From positions 1-58,007 of the IMG/VR virus record IMGVR_UViG_3300028588_000795: 58,007 nucleotides of DNA; one strand, written 5' to 3'. Numbering within the stretch: position 1 is the stretch's first letter; each line of letters begins with the position of its first letter. This document shows positions 8,491-15,875 of the stretch, piece by piece. The notes beneath the pieces are model-generated. The model saw only the letters and a program-made list of their open reading frames with translations. It was not told the DNA's origin and did not search any database. A program made the position numbers and the translations under genes. Origin of the DNA: a virus. Taxonomy: Duplodnaviria; Caudoviricetes.

Positions 8491-8586
8491 GCAGTAGATG
8501 CGTGATTGATTAGGTAACAGATGCGTTATCTAAATTCTGAGCATGAGTTATCTAATACGCGCGAGGGCGCAGGAAGGCTGGAGGCG

Positions 8587-8778
8587 ATGACCAAACTGAA
8601 TGTGCCGTACGCGGAAAAAGACGAGGCTCGCCGCCTGGGCGCCAGGTGGGATGGGGAGCGGAAGACCTGGTATGCGCCAGCTGGGTCGATGCTCACGACG
8701 TTTGAGCGCTGGCTACCGAAGTTCGACATGAAGGCGCCGCGTGGCGCACGCAAGCCGAGGAAGCGCCGATCGAGGTAG
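8587..8778 (+). CDS. Stand-alone DUF5710-domain protein
   Basis: LNVPYAEKDEARRLGARWD..RKTWY motif; GGAGG RBS before ATG 8587. Confidence 0.8.
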   Translation: MTKLNVPYAEKDEARRLGARWDGERKTWYAPAGSMLTTFERWLPKFDMKAPRGARKPRKRRSR

Positions 8779-8823
8779 GCCGGGCCCAGCGATACCGCAC
8801 GCGCAAGTCAGCGCCTTGGGCGT

Positions 8824-8852
8824 AAAAAAGCCCGCTCGGGGCGGGCTTCTTT
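8824..8852. terminator. Bidirectional intrinsic terminator
   Basis: AAAAAAGCCCGC-TCGGG-GCGGGCTTCTTT between convergent genes. Confidence 0.8.
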
Positions 8853-8863
8853 GAATACAACTT

Positions 8864-9385
8864 TTATTCAACTGCCTTGAAGGGGTAAATTTGGCGGTAC
8901 CGGTTTTCGAGGGCCATGACTAAGCTAACGCCTGCGGAGCTTACCCCGCGGAGGGCCGAGTTTAGCTTGTCTCCGCTCGGGATTGCCGCAGTAGGGCCAG
9001 CAGCGGCCTTGTCAGTAACAGCCTGGCGGTACGCAACCAGGCTTCGCTGAATCTCCGGAGTGTTGAAAGGGGCGCACGCAACTACGGAGGCGTTCACTTG
9101 TTTTACCCCGAAAAATACTGTCCAGTAGCTCGCGGACGTGGCTCCTTCAGCTGACGTAAGATAAGACACAATGTCCGACTCTACGTTTCGCAAAGTGGAG
9201 GCGACTCCATTGATTTGGTCGCGCAGTTCCTTGCGCTCGTCGCGCTCTCCATTCTGCCTTCGAGACTCCTTCCATCCTTTGAAGACAAAAGTCCAAGTGA
9301 TGATGTAACCCAACACTTGAATAGTGACCTTCGCAACTTCCCACCAGTCGATTCCGCTAGCGGCGCTTGTTGTCGCGGCAGGCAT
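8864..9385 (-). CDS. Single-TM membrane protein with helical domain (third gene of the kinase-STAS operon)
   Basis: TM VTIQVLGYIITWTFVF followed by a charged coiled segment; overlaps the STAS gene end; start uncertain (9385 or 9445). Confidence 0.7.
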   Translation of the reverse strand: MPAATTSAASGIDWWEVAKVTIQVLGYIITWTFVFKGWKESRRQNGERDERKELRDQINGVASTLRNVESDIVSYLTSAEGATSASYWTVFFGVKQVNASVVACAPFNTPEIQRSLVAYRQAVTDKAAAGPTAAIPSGDKLNSALRGVSSAGVSLVMALENRYRQIYPFKAVE

Positions 9386-9695
9386 CAGCAATGTATCCCA
9401 GGGTTTCTTGCAGGTAGCTTTGATCGACGGGGTCATCGTCTGCAACTAGGAGTAATCTTTTCCGAACGTCTTCTTCGGTAAAGTTGAACTTGCGGACGAC
9501 CCCGCCGAATGACTCGTCGAGGAACGAGGACCCGAAGCCCTCTGTTCCACTAAGGTCAACCTTTAGATTCTCGCCAGCCGCAAGCGGCGGCTCCAAAAAT
9601 TGCTCTCTAAACCTCTGGCCGCTGTCGGGCCCATCGTCGTGGAAGCGCCCGACAGGATATGGCGAAAACTCTTTCGCGATGTGTATCACTTTCAT
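9357..9695 (-). CDS. STAS-like domain protein (DUF4325)
   Basis: GRFHDDGPDSGQRFRE...VDLSGTEGFGSSFLDESFGG. Confidence 0.85.
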   Translation of the reverse strand: MKVIHIAKEFSPYPVGRFHDDGPDSGQRFREQFLEPPLAAGENLKVDLSGTEGFGSSFLDESFGGVVRKFNFTEEDVRKRLLLVADDDPVDQSYLQETLGYIADACRDNKRR

Positions 9696-10810
9696 TTTTC
9701 CTCAGTCCCGCTCTCGTCTAAAGTTAAGAACGGCAATATTGCATCGAGTGGAATTGTCCACTCTACGAGTGTACCATTCAGCGCCAAATCGTGACCTTGA
9801 GCAAGCGAAACAGATTTGCCGTTACGGACACGATACACGTACTCCCCCTTTTTGCTCAAAATTCGTAAGGTGCCAGCTTGGCATAGGTCAATGATCTGCT
9901 TTAAGTCGTTCAAACCTTTCCCGCGATGAGTCTGGCCCATTCGAGATCTGCCAACCTCCATGGCAGCATGAATCATTGCCCCGTCACTGGCGTCGAGCTT
10001 CAGCGCGGCCAGCAGCATGGGGATCACGTCCTTGTGCGTGCGTGGGAGGCTGCGTGGGATTCCAATTCCTTGGTCGACGATCATGATCTTCAGTTCTTTC
10101 CTGAGCTTGTTGATGTGCCCAAGCATCCACCAACCTTTTTTGATGACCTTGATTGCTCCTACATCCCAGTCTTCCGGATATGCATGCTGAGAGACGTTGG
10201 TCATAGCTTCCGTCAGGCCTCGGAAGAATGACCCCTTTTTATCTTTAGGGAGCTGCTCTTCGTGCGGACCAAAGAGGGCCCGGCGAAGCTCTACTGCCAA
10301 TCGGCCGTCAGCTTGCGTCCCGCTTTGTACCTTTATGTACTCCAGCGGGAAGACCTTAGGTGCAACATCTAAAGAAGCCTTCACGCCAAGGGCATCGAAG
10401 AATCCGCTATCGCGCATTTGGCGATGGAGGCGTCTGTCACGTGGGTATGTTCCCGATAGCATTCTTACCCCAGAAACTTTGCGGCACCTGTCAATTTCTG
10501 CCACCAAGTACAGAATAGCGGCAGAGGAAATGAGCTTGGTGTCGCTGAAGTCAAGCACTGTTGGCTTTCGAGCGACGAGACAGTTCATTCGGCAGGCCGC
10601 TGCAAGTTCAAGCGTCGCATTGCGATTTGCTGTCAGGTCTAGTTCAGGTGGCACGGGCACGACTAACCGCTGATCTTTCCAGCTGTATTCACCGACCGCG
10701 TTGTGCTCAATACGCCGCTTCGCGTGCAGAAATGCCTTCCGTCTGTTGCGCGTGTAAGTTGTTCTCTGCTCGCGTATACGCTGTAGAGTGTCGTTTGGTA
10801 TGTTTGACAT
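9692..10810 (-). CDS. STAS-like + GHKL (HATPase_c) ATP-binding protein, RsbW/SpoIIAB-like kinase architecture
   Basis: N box EAMTNVSQHAY, G1 DQGIGI, G2 RGKGL, G3 GTLV; N-terminal LDFSDTKLISSAAILYL; no HisKA segment recognised. Confidence 0.8.
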   Translation of the reverse strand: MSNIPNDTLQRIREQRTTYTRNRRKAFLHAKRRIEHNAVGEYSWKDQRLVVPVPPELDLTANRNATLELAAACRMNCLVARKPTVLDFSDTKLISSAAILYLVAEIDRCRKVSGVRMLSGTYPRDRRLHRQMRDSGFFDALGVKASLDVAPKVFPLEYIKVQSGTQADGRLAVELRRALFGPHEEQLPKDKKGSFFRGLTEAMTNVSQHAYPEDWDVGAIKVIKKGWWMLGHINKLRKELKIMIVDQGIGIPRSLPRTHKDVIPMLLAALKLDASDGAMIHAAMEVGRSRMGQTHRGKGLNDLKQIIDLCQAGTLRILSKKGEYVYRVRNGKSVSLAQGHDLALNGTLVEWTIPLDAILPFLTLDESGTEEK

Positions 10811-10912
10811 GTCGACAATGGGGCGGAACTAGGCTGGCCTCGAATCTGCCGCACACCCAAGGGTGAACGTCCAGCCTCGACCACAGTTCATGGTTGTGCT
10901 ATTCCAGCAAAT

Positions 10913-11266
10913 CTATTTGGCTGCGGACTCAAATTCCGAACATACGTCGATCCAATGCGAATCCATCTTCCATGACTCGTCGTCACCGTTGTCCAGCATC
11001 ACGCGGTCGGACTCGACGATGTAGCGCTTGAAGCCGCCGTAGCCGCCGTAGCTGTTCTTGGCGTTCACGAAGCCGCACACGGCGCCGTCGCGTGCGACGA
11101 ACTCGCTGCGGAAGCGCGCGGACTCCGGATCCTTCAGGATGTCCTTCACGCGCTCGTGGGCCAGCGCGATGGGGTCTGGTTTCGCAGGCTGTACGGGCTT
11201 TGCTTTCGGTGCCGCGTGCGCCGCGACCGTCGCAGCGATCAGGGTAATGGCGAGTGCTGTCCGCAT
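10913..11266 (-). CDS. Secreted/periplasmic hypothetical protein
   Basis: Signal peptide ending AHA; LKDPESARF...VCGFVNAKNSYGGYGG motif common in prophage immunity regions. Confidence 0.75.
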   Translation of the reverse strand: MRTALAITLIAATVAAHAAPKAKPVQPAKPDPIALAHERVKDILKDPESARFRSEFVARDGAVCGFVNAKNSYGGYGGFKRYIVESDRVMLDNGDDESWKMDSHWIDVCSEFESAAK

Positions 11267-11309
11267 ATTGGTATGGTTTGTTGGCGGCATCCAGGCGTGC
11301 CGTAGCGCC

Positions 11310-11759
11310 TCAAAGTCTTCCGGTGACAATCCGGCCGGGCTGGTACACCATGCGCCCGACGACACTCATCTTGCCGCTGCGCACGTTGATCGGCCTGAAG
11401 GCCGGATTGAGATAGTTGAGATACCACTGTCCACCGCGCTGCACGAGCTGCTGAAGGCAGGCCTCGCCGTTCCAGTTCACTGCGTACACCTCGCCGCTTC
11501 GGAGTTGCGTGTCGCTGGTGTCGATCACGGCCCAGTCGTCCTCGAACAACATTGGCTCCATGCCTTGGTCGCGGACCTGCAGCGCAAGCAGCGCGGCCGG
11601 GTCAACCTTCAGCTGCGAAACCTCGGCAGCCGGCACCGCAACTACATCACCACCATCCATGGCTGGTTCGGTTTCGAAGCCCGAGATGCCGGCACGCAGT
11701 CGCAGCCGGACCCGTCGAACGAACTTAAAGTCGAGCGCGGTATTGCTGAGTGTCGTCAT
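11310..11759 (-). CDS. S24 peptidase-like domain lacking the HTH and catalytic residues
   Basis: RAG site, VRDQGMEP (Ser absent), CLQQL (Lys absent), VVGRMV; ATGA overlap with the cI stop. Confidence 0.8.
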   Translation of the reverse strand: MTTLSNTALDFKFVRRVRLRLRAGISGFETEPAMDGGDVVAVPAAEVSQLKVDPAALLALQVRDQGMEPMLFEDDWAVIDTSDTQLRSGEVYAVNWNGEACLQQLVQRGGQWYLNYLNPAFRPINVRSGKMSVVGRMVYQPGRIVTGRL

Positions 11760-12442
11760 ACGCTCGGCCGGAACGCCGCTTTCGGGATGTGGCCGAGAAC
11801 CAGGTGCATCTTCAGGATGTCCTCGCAGTCGATCACGATGTTCGGGAAGTCCTTGTTCACCGATTCAAAGCAGGCCTGCTTGTCCCGCACCCACAGCAGT
11901 CGCTTGATCATGCGCCGGCCGTCATGCATCAGAACGATCACCTCGTCGCTGGGCAGCACTTCCGCGCACGGATCCACGCCGACGAATTCACCCGGCAGGT
12001 AGCGCGGGCTCATGCTCTCGCCACGGACCCGCAGGGCGTACGCCTCAACGCATGAGGTGTACCAGGCCATGTAGCCATCGAGGTTATCGGAGGGTGAGTC
12101 ATCTACGTGCAGGAGTCCATCAGGACCGGCCTGGACGCGCCCAACAACTGGAATTAGACGAGGCGTTCCTAGAATTTCGGGCGCATCCTCCACCTCGTCA
12201 GCAGATCCGTCATTTGAGTCCGGTCGATGCGCGTCAGTAGGCGGTGGGGTTTCACCCATCAACTCGGAAAGAGATATGCGCAAGCGCTTGGCGAGGGCTG
12301 GCAATCTCGTCGCCTCCGGCATCCCTTTGCCATTCTCCCACGCCGACACATTAACGGACTTGATGCCCCAAATGTCGGCAATGTTCTGCTGGGTAAGTCC
12401 GAGCTCGCGGCGTCTTTTTCTTAGTATTTCGGAAAATTTCAT
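11756..12442 (-). CDS. cI: CI-like repressor (XRE HTH + S24 autopeptidase)
   Basis: RRRELGLTQQNIA..VSAWENG HTH; VQAG cleavage site; GESMSP and IKRL catalytic dyad. Confidence 0.93.
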   Translation of the reverse strand: MKFSEILRKRRRELGLTQQNIADIWGIKSVNVSAWENGKGMPEATRLPALAKRLRISLSELMGETPPPTDAHRPDSNDGSADEVEDAPEILGTPRLIPVVGRVQAGPDGLLHVDDSPSDNLDGYMAWYTSCVEAYALRVRGESMSPRYLPGEFVGVDPCAEVLPSDEVIVLMHDGRRMIKRLLWVRDKQACFESVNKDFPNIVIDCEDILKMHLVLGHIPKAAFRPSV

Positions 12443-12443
12443 A

Positions 12444-12502
12444 AGGCTAAGCCTAACAAAAATAATTTAGGTTTAACCTTGACTTGTTATTAGGTTTAAC
12501 CT
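12444..12502. promoter_or_regulatory. OR: three operators (12444-12454, 12469-12479, 12492-12502)
   Basis: AGGCTAAGCCT, AGGTTTAACCT, AGGTTTAACCT between divergent cI and cro. Confidence 0.85.
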
Positions 12503-12508
12503 GATACT
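12479..12508 (+). promoter_or_regulatory. PR-like promoter
   Basis: TTGACT-18bp-GATACT, 7 nt before the cro ATG. Confidence 0.75.
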
Positions 12509-12515
12509 GTTAGCC

Positions 12516-12806
12516 ATGAGCACTCACATCAAAGAAGCGATGGAGCGGGCCGGCGGGGTGGCGGCCGTTGCATCCCATTTCGGCATCAGCCCTGTATCGG
12601 TCTACGAGTGGATCAAGCGCGGGATGGTGCCGGCCGAAAAATGTCCTGAGATCGAAAAGCTCTCGGGAGGCGCTGCGCTCTGCGAGGACATGAACGATCG
12701 CGTCGACTGGGGGTATGTCCGCTCGCGGTCGCTCGAAGCTGACGCCAAGGGATGCGACTCAACATCAAGTGCAGGCAGAGGCGTCGCTAAGTCACCTAGC
12801 AGTTGA
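12516..12806 (+). CDS. cro: Cro/YdaS-like repressor
   Basis: AGGVAAVASHFGISPVSVYEWIKRGMVPAEKCPEIEK; divergent from cI. Confidence 0.85.
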   Translation: MSTHIKEAMERAGGVAAVASHFGISPVSVYEWIKRGMVPAEKCPEIEKLSGGAALCEDMNDRVDWGYVRSRSLEADAKGCDSTSSAGRGVAKSPSS

Positions 12807-12978
12807 CTCGCCCGGCGAGCGCCGCAGTAGATCGTGACCGCGGCGCCGCCCACCTGGAGCGGCGCAGCGATCAGATCAAGGTTCATCAGTACGAAAGCTT
12901 GGGTAGCGGGCATTTGTTGGGCCTCGAATGTTGTCGAAATTCAGTGTTGCCAGATTAAGTTATAAAAAGGAAACAGTC

Positions 12979-13566
12979 ATGAAACATGAGCCTCAATTTC
13001 ACTCTCCCGTCGCGATCCTCCGCGCTGAGATCGAGGCATGGCGCACTGCTGGCCGCATGAGCCGTGAGGCTGTGGCGATCGCCATCGTCGAGAAGCACAA
13101 GGCGAGCGGCGCCGACCTGGCGACTGAGCTGTCCTTTGACTACGAGGGCAGCGACACCTTCGCCCGGGCCCGCAAGTCGGCGCAGAAGATCTTCCGCTGG
13201 CTGGACGAAGGCAACCTGCCAGCCAACATGATCCCGTCGATCCTGTCCGCGCTCCCGTCCGATGTGCAGCTGCGCGCCCTGAACCAGATGCTGTGCCCGA
13301 TGGGTATCTCCGCGCGCGCCGCGGACTGCGCGCCGGTGCCGAGCATGGATGTCTCGACCCACCTGCGCGCCGTCATGAAGGAAGCCGGCGAGGCGCAGCT
13401 GGCCCTGGTCGGCCTGGGCCCTGATGCATCTGACTCCGAATTGCTGGGCGCGCATAAGGAACTAGTCGAGGCCGCGCAGGCCTGCGAAAACGCGGCGCGC
13501 GATGCGATGGCGACCGTTGCTGCCCGCCAGGCCGTGGCCCGCGCAAGCGAATCAGCTTCGAAGTAG
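12979..13566 (+). CDS. CII/YdaT-like regulator
   Basis: Position after cro; QKIFRWLD..LPANMIPSILSALP..KEAGEA pattern; AAGGA RBS. Confidence 0.65.
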   Translation: MKHEPQFHSPVAILRAEIEAWRTAGRMSREAVAIAIVEKHKASGADLATELSFDYEGSDTFARARKSAQKIFRWLDEGNLPANMIPSILSALPSDVQLRALNQMLCPMGISARAADCAPVPSMDVSTHLRAVMKEAGEAQLALVGLGPDASDSELLGAHKELVEAAQACENAARDAMATVAARQAVARASESASK

Positions 13567-13622
13567 GTAAGACCCAGGCGGCGGGGCGCGTCGCCACCAA
13601 CACCAACAGGGAGAAGAAAGAG

Positions 13623-13844
13623 ATGAGCGGTTCAAGTCTGGTCGACAAGCTGCGCGCGCGCCTCAACGCAAAAAACGACGCGGAGCTGTCGCGAATCATG
13701 GAAGTCGACCCGCCGGTGATCAGCAAGTTGCGCGGCGCCGGGGTGGTGGGGCCAACGATGCTGATCCGGATCCACGAGTGCACGGACTGGCCGATCAAGC
13801 AGATCCGCGACCTGGTGGCCGAGCAGCCCGCGCCCCACCAATAA
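13623..13844 (+). CDS. Small HTH protein
   Basis: KNDAELSRIMEVDPPVISKLR. Confidence 0.75.
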   Translation: MSGSSLVDKLRARLNAKNDAELSRIMEVDPPVISKLRGAGVVGPTMLIRIHECTDWPIKQIRDLVAEQPAPHQ

Positions 13845-13884
13845 CACGATATCTCGGCGCCAGTCCGCAACTCTGCGCGCCGTC

Positions 13885-14238
13885 ATGAAAGGAGGTCACT
13901 TGAATCAAGCAACGAAGCCGGCCAAGCCGACCGCTGCTGAGCGAAACGAGAAGGTGCGAAAAGTGCTGCTCGCGGCAAGCGCGCCCCTCGACTCGATCCA
14001 TATCGCAGAAATCATTGGTGAGGACTGGTGCATGTGGAACGGGATCGGCCGCGGCTCGGAGATTACGCCGGCACTACGGCAGATCGGCGCCAGGAGCAGC
14101 AAAGGCAAATGGTCGCTGGAAGAGCCCGAGCGCGCGGCCGACATCGGCCCGACCGGAAATCTGGATCTGATGCCGCACCACGTGATGCCGCTCGACAGCT
14201 GGAAGCGCATCAAGGAAGGGCTGAAGCAGCGGGCATGA
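13885..14238 (+). CDS. Hypothetical protein (possible winged helix)
   Basis: ORF in the operon; alternative TTG start near 13900 after GGAGG. Confidence 0.6.
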   Translation: MKGGHLNQATKPAKPTAAERNEKVRKVLLAASAPLDSIHIAEIIGEDWCMWNGIGRGSEITPALRQIGARSSKGKWSLEEPERAADIGPTGNLDLMPHHVMPLDSWKRIKEGLKQRA

Positions 14239-14297
14239 CAAAAAGCCCAGCGGGAACTGGGCTTCTTGAAACAACGGTAAAACTTTTGGAGGAACGA

Positions 14298-14624
14298 ATG
14301 TTAGCAGAAAAATCCATGCCGGCGGCGCACGCCGGTGAAGATCAGTCTTCGCCCGAGTTCGCGGCTCGCCTCGCGCACCACTGCAAGACCATGCAAGGCA
14401 TCCAGGCCGCCAGGCTCGAAGTCGTCACCGATTCGGTGATCGCGCAGGCTTGGTCGACCAAGCTGCCGGCCATCGACAACGCGCCGCTCACCGCGGTGAT
14501 CCTGCGCCAGGCCCACAAGCCGGCCGTGGGCGACGTCGTCTACGTCACGGAGGTCCGCCGCCACGTCGTGACCAATGATGACCTGAATGCGGCCGCGCAC
14601 GCCGTGATTGGTGGTGCGGCATGA
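14298..14624 (+). CDS. Hypothetical protein
   Basis: GGAGG RBS; ATGA coupling downstream. Confidence 0.6.
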   Translation: MLAEKSMPAAHAGEDQSSPEFAARLAHHCKTMQGIQAARLEVVTDSVIAQAWSTKLPAIDNAPLTAVILRQAHKPAVGDVVYVTEVRRHVVTNDDLNAAAHAVIGGAA

Positions 14625-15130
14625 TCGCCTACGAAGCCATGCAGTTTGCGCGCCGCGTGCATGCCACTCAAGTCCGCAAGTACACCGGCAACCCCTACGC
14701 CGACCACCTGGCCGAAGTTACCGGCATTGCGATGTCCGTCGGCTGGCATCTGCCGTGGCCGCACCCTGACGAGTTCATGGCCACCTGCTGGCTGCACGAC
14801 TGCGTCGAGGATCAGAAAATCGGCATCGATGAGCTCCTGGCGCGCTTCGGCACGAACGTTGCCGGCGCCGTAATCCTGCTGTCCGACATGGAGGAGGGCA
14901 ACCGCGCTGAGCGTAAGGCGCAGTCCCGTGCGCGCCTTGCCGGAGCGCCGGCCTGGGTGCAGACCATCAAGGTGGCGGACCTGATCAGCAACACCTCATC
15001 CATCGTCCAGCACGACCCGAAGTTCGCGGTCGTCTACCTGGAAGAAAAGCGACTGCTGCTCGATGCGCTGACGCGCGCCGACGAGCGCCTGGTCGCGGTA
15101 GCCCGCGCACAGATCGGCGGTGCCGCATGA
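14621..15130 (+). CDS. HD-domain small alarmone hydrolase-like protein (Mesh1/SpoT-HD)
   Basis: FARRVHATQVRKYTGNPYADH, WLHDCVED, IKVADLISN. Confidence 0.85.
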   Translation: MIAYEAMQFARRVHATQVRKYTGNPYADHLAEVTGIAMSVGWHLPWPHPDEFMATCWLHDCVEDQKIGIDELLARFGTNVAGAVILLSDMEEGNRAERKAQSRARLAGAPAWVQTIKVADLISNTSSIVQHDPKFAVVYLEEKRLLLDALTRADERLVAVARAQIGGAA

Positions 15131-15420
15131 AAGTCTTTAAGGTAACCGCGCAGATCGAGTTCGTCGTAGTCGCCGAGAGTGAATTCGATGCGCTGCAGGT
15201 CGCGGACAGCTACGCGATCGACGCGGCCCGCGACTCCGGCCTGGATGCGGACTGGGCGCAGGAGATCGCGGCCGCCGACCAGCTGCCGGCCGGTTGGAAG
15301 GAATCCGACCTGCCGTACGGCGGCGATGGCGACCAGAGCATCAAAGCGATCCTCGACAGCGCGCCGCCGCTCGTGGTGCGCGACGCCTTCACAATTGACA
15401 TGTTCCAGGTGATGCAATGA
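15127..15420 (+). CDS. Hypothetical protein
   Basis: Coupled on both sides. Confidence 0.65.
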   Translation: MKVFKVTAQIEFVVVAESEFDALQVADSYAIDAARDSGLDADWAQEIAAADQLPAGWKESDLPYGGDGDQSIKAILDSAPPLVVRDAFTIDMFQVMQ

Positions 15421-15875
15421 CCCGCTCCCGCTATGTAACCCCCGGCCGCACCGCCGAGCGCATGGAGAAGATCCGCAAGCTGATCACCGCGCTGCAGGAG
15501 GAGGGCTACCTGATGCGCGACGAGATCGGCCCGATGTTGGGCTTGGGCCCGTCGGGCGTGCGCAAGTACCTCGCGGACCTGCGCGGCCAGGTCGAGGCAT
15601 CCTGGGATCGCGGCCACATCACCGTGCGCCTGACGATGTCCTCGAGCCAGACCGGGGCGTTCCTCAAGCGCCTCGCGGCCACCGCGCCGGCGCGCCCGAC
15701 TGGTATCTCGATGACGCCTGCGCGCATCGCGGCGGCAGAACCTGGTCGCCACTTCCACATCCTGGCCGACGACACGCACTACGCAATCCGCGTGAGCCGC
15801 GCGCCGGTTGCTCGTGATCCGATGGTTGCTGCGCTGTTCGGCGCCGGGCCGGCCAGGATGGAGGTACGCGCGTGA
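15417..15875 (+). CDS. Hypothetical protein with N-terminal HTH
   Basis: RDEIGPMLGLGPSGVRKYLADL; coupled. Confidence 0.65.
   Translation: MTRSRYVTPGRTAERMEKIRKLITALQEEGYLMRDEIGPMLGLGPSGVRKYLADLRGQVEASWDRGHITVRLTMSSSQTGAFLKRLAATAPARPTGISMTPARIAAAEPGRHFHILADDTHYAIRVSRAPVARDPMVAALFGAGPARMEVRA

Noticed and set aside
12602-12913. Minus-strand ORF overlapping cro
   Set aside because: Overlaps cro antisense for most of its length and has no motif support.
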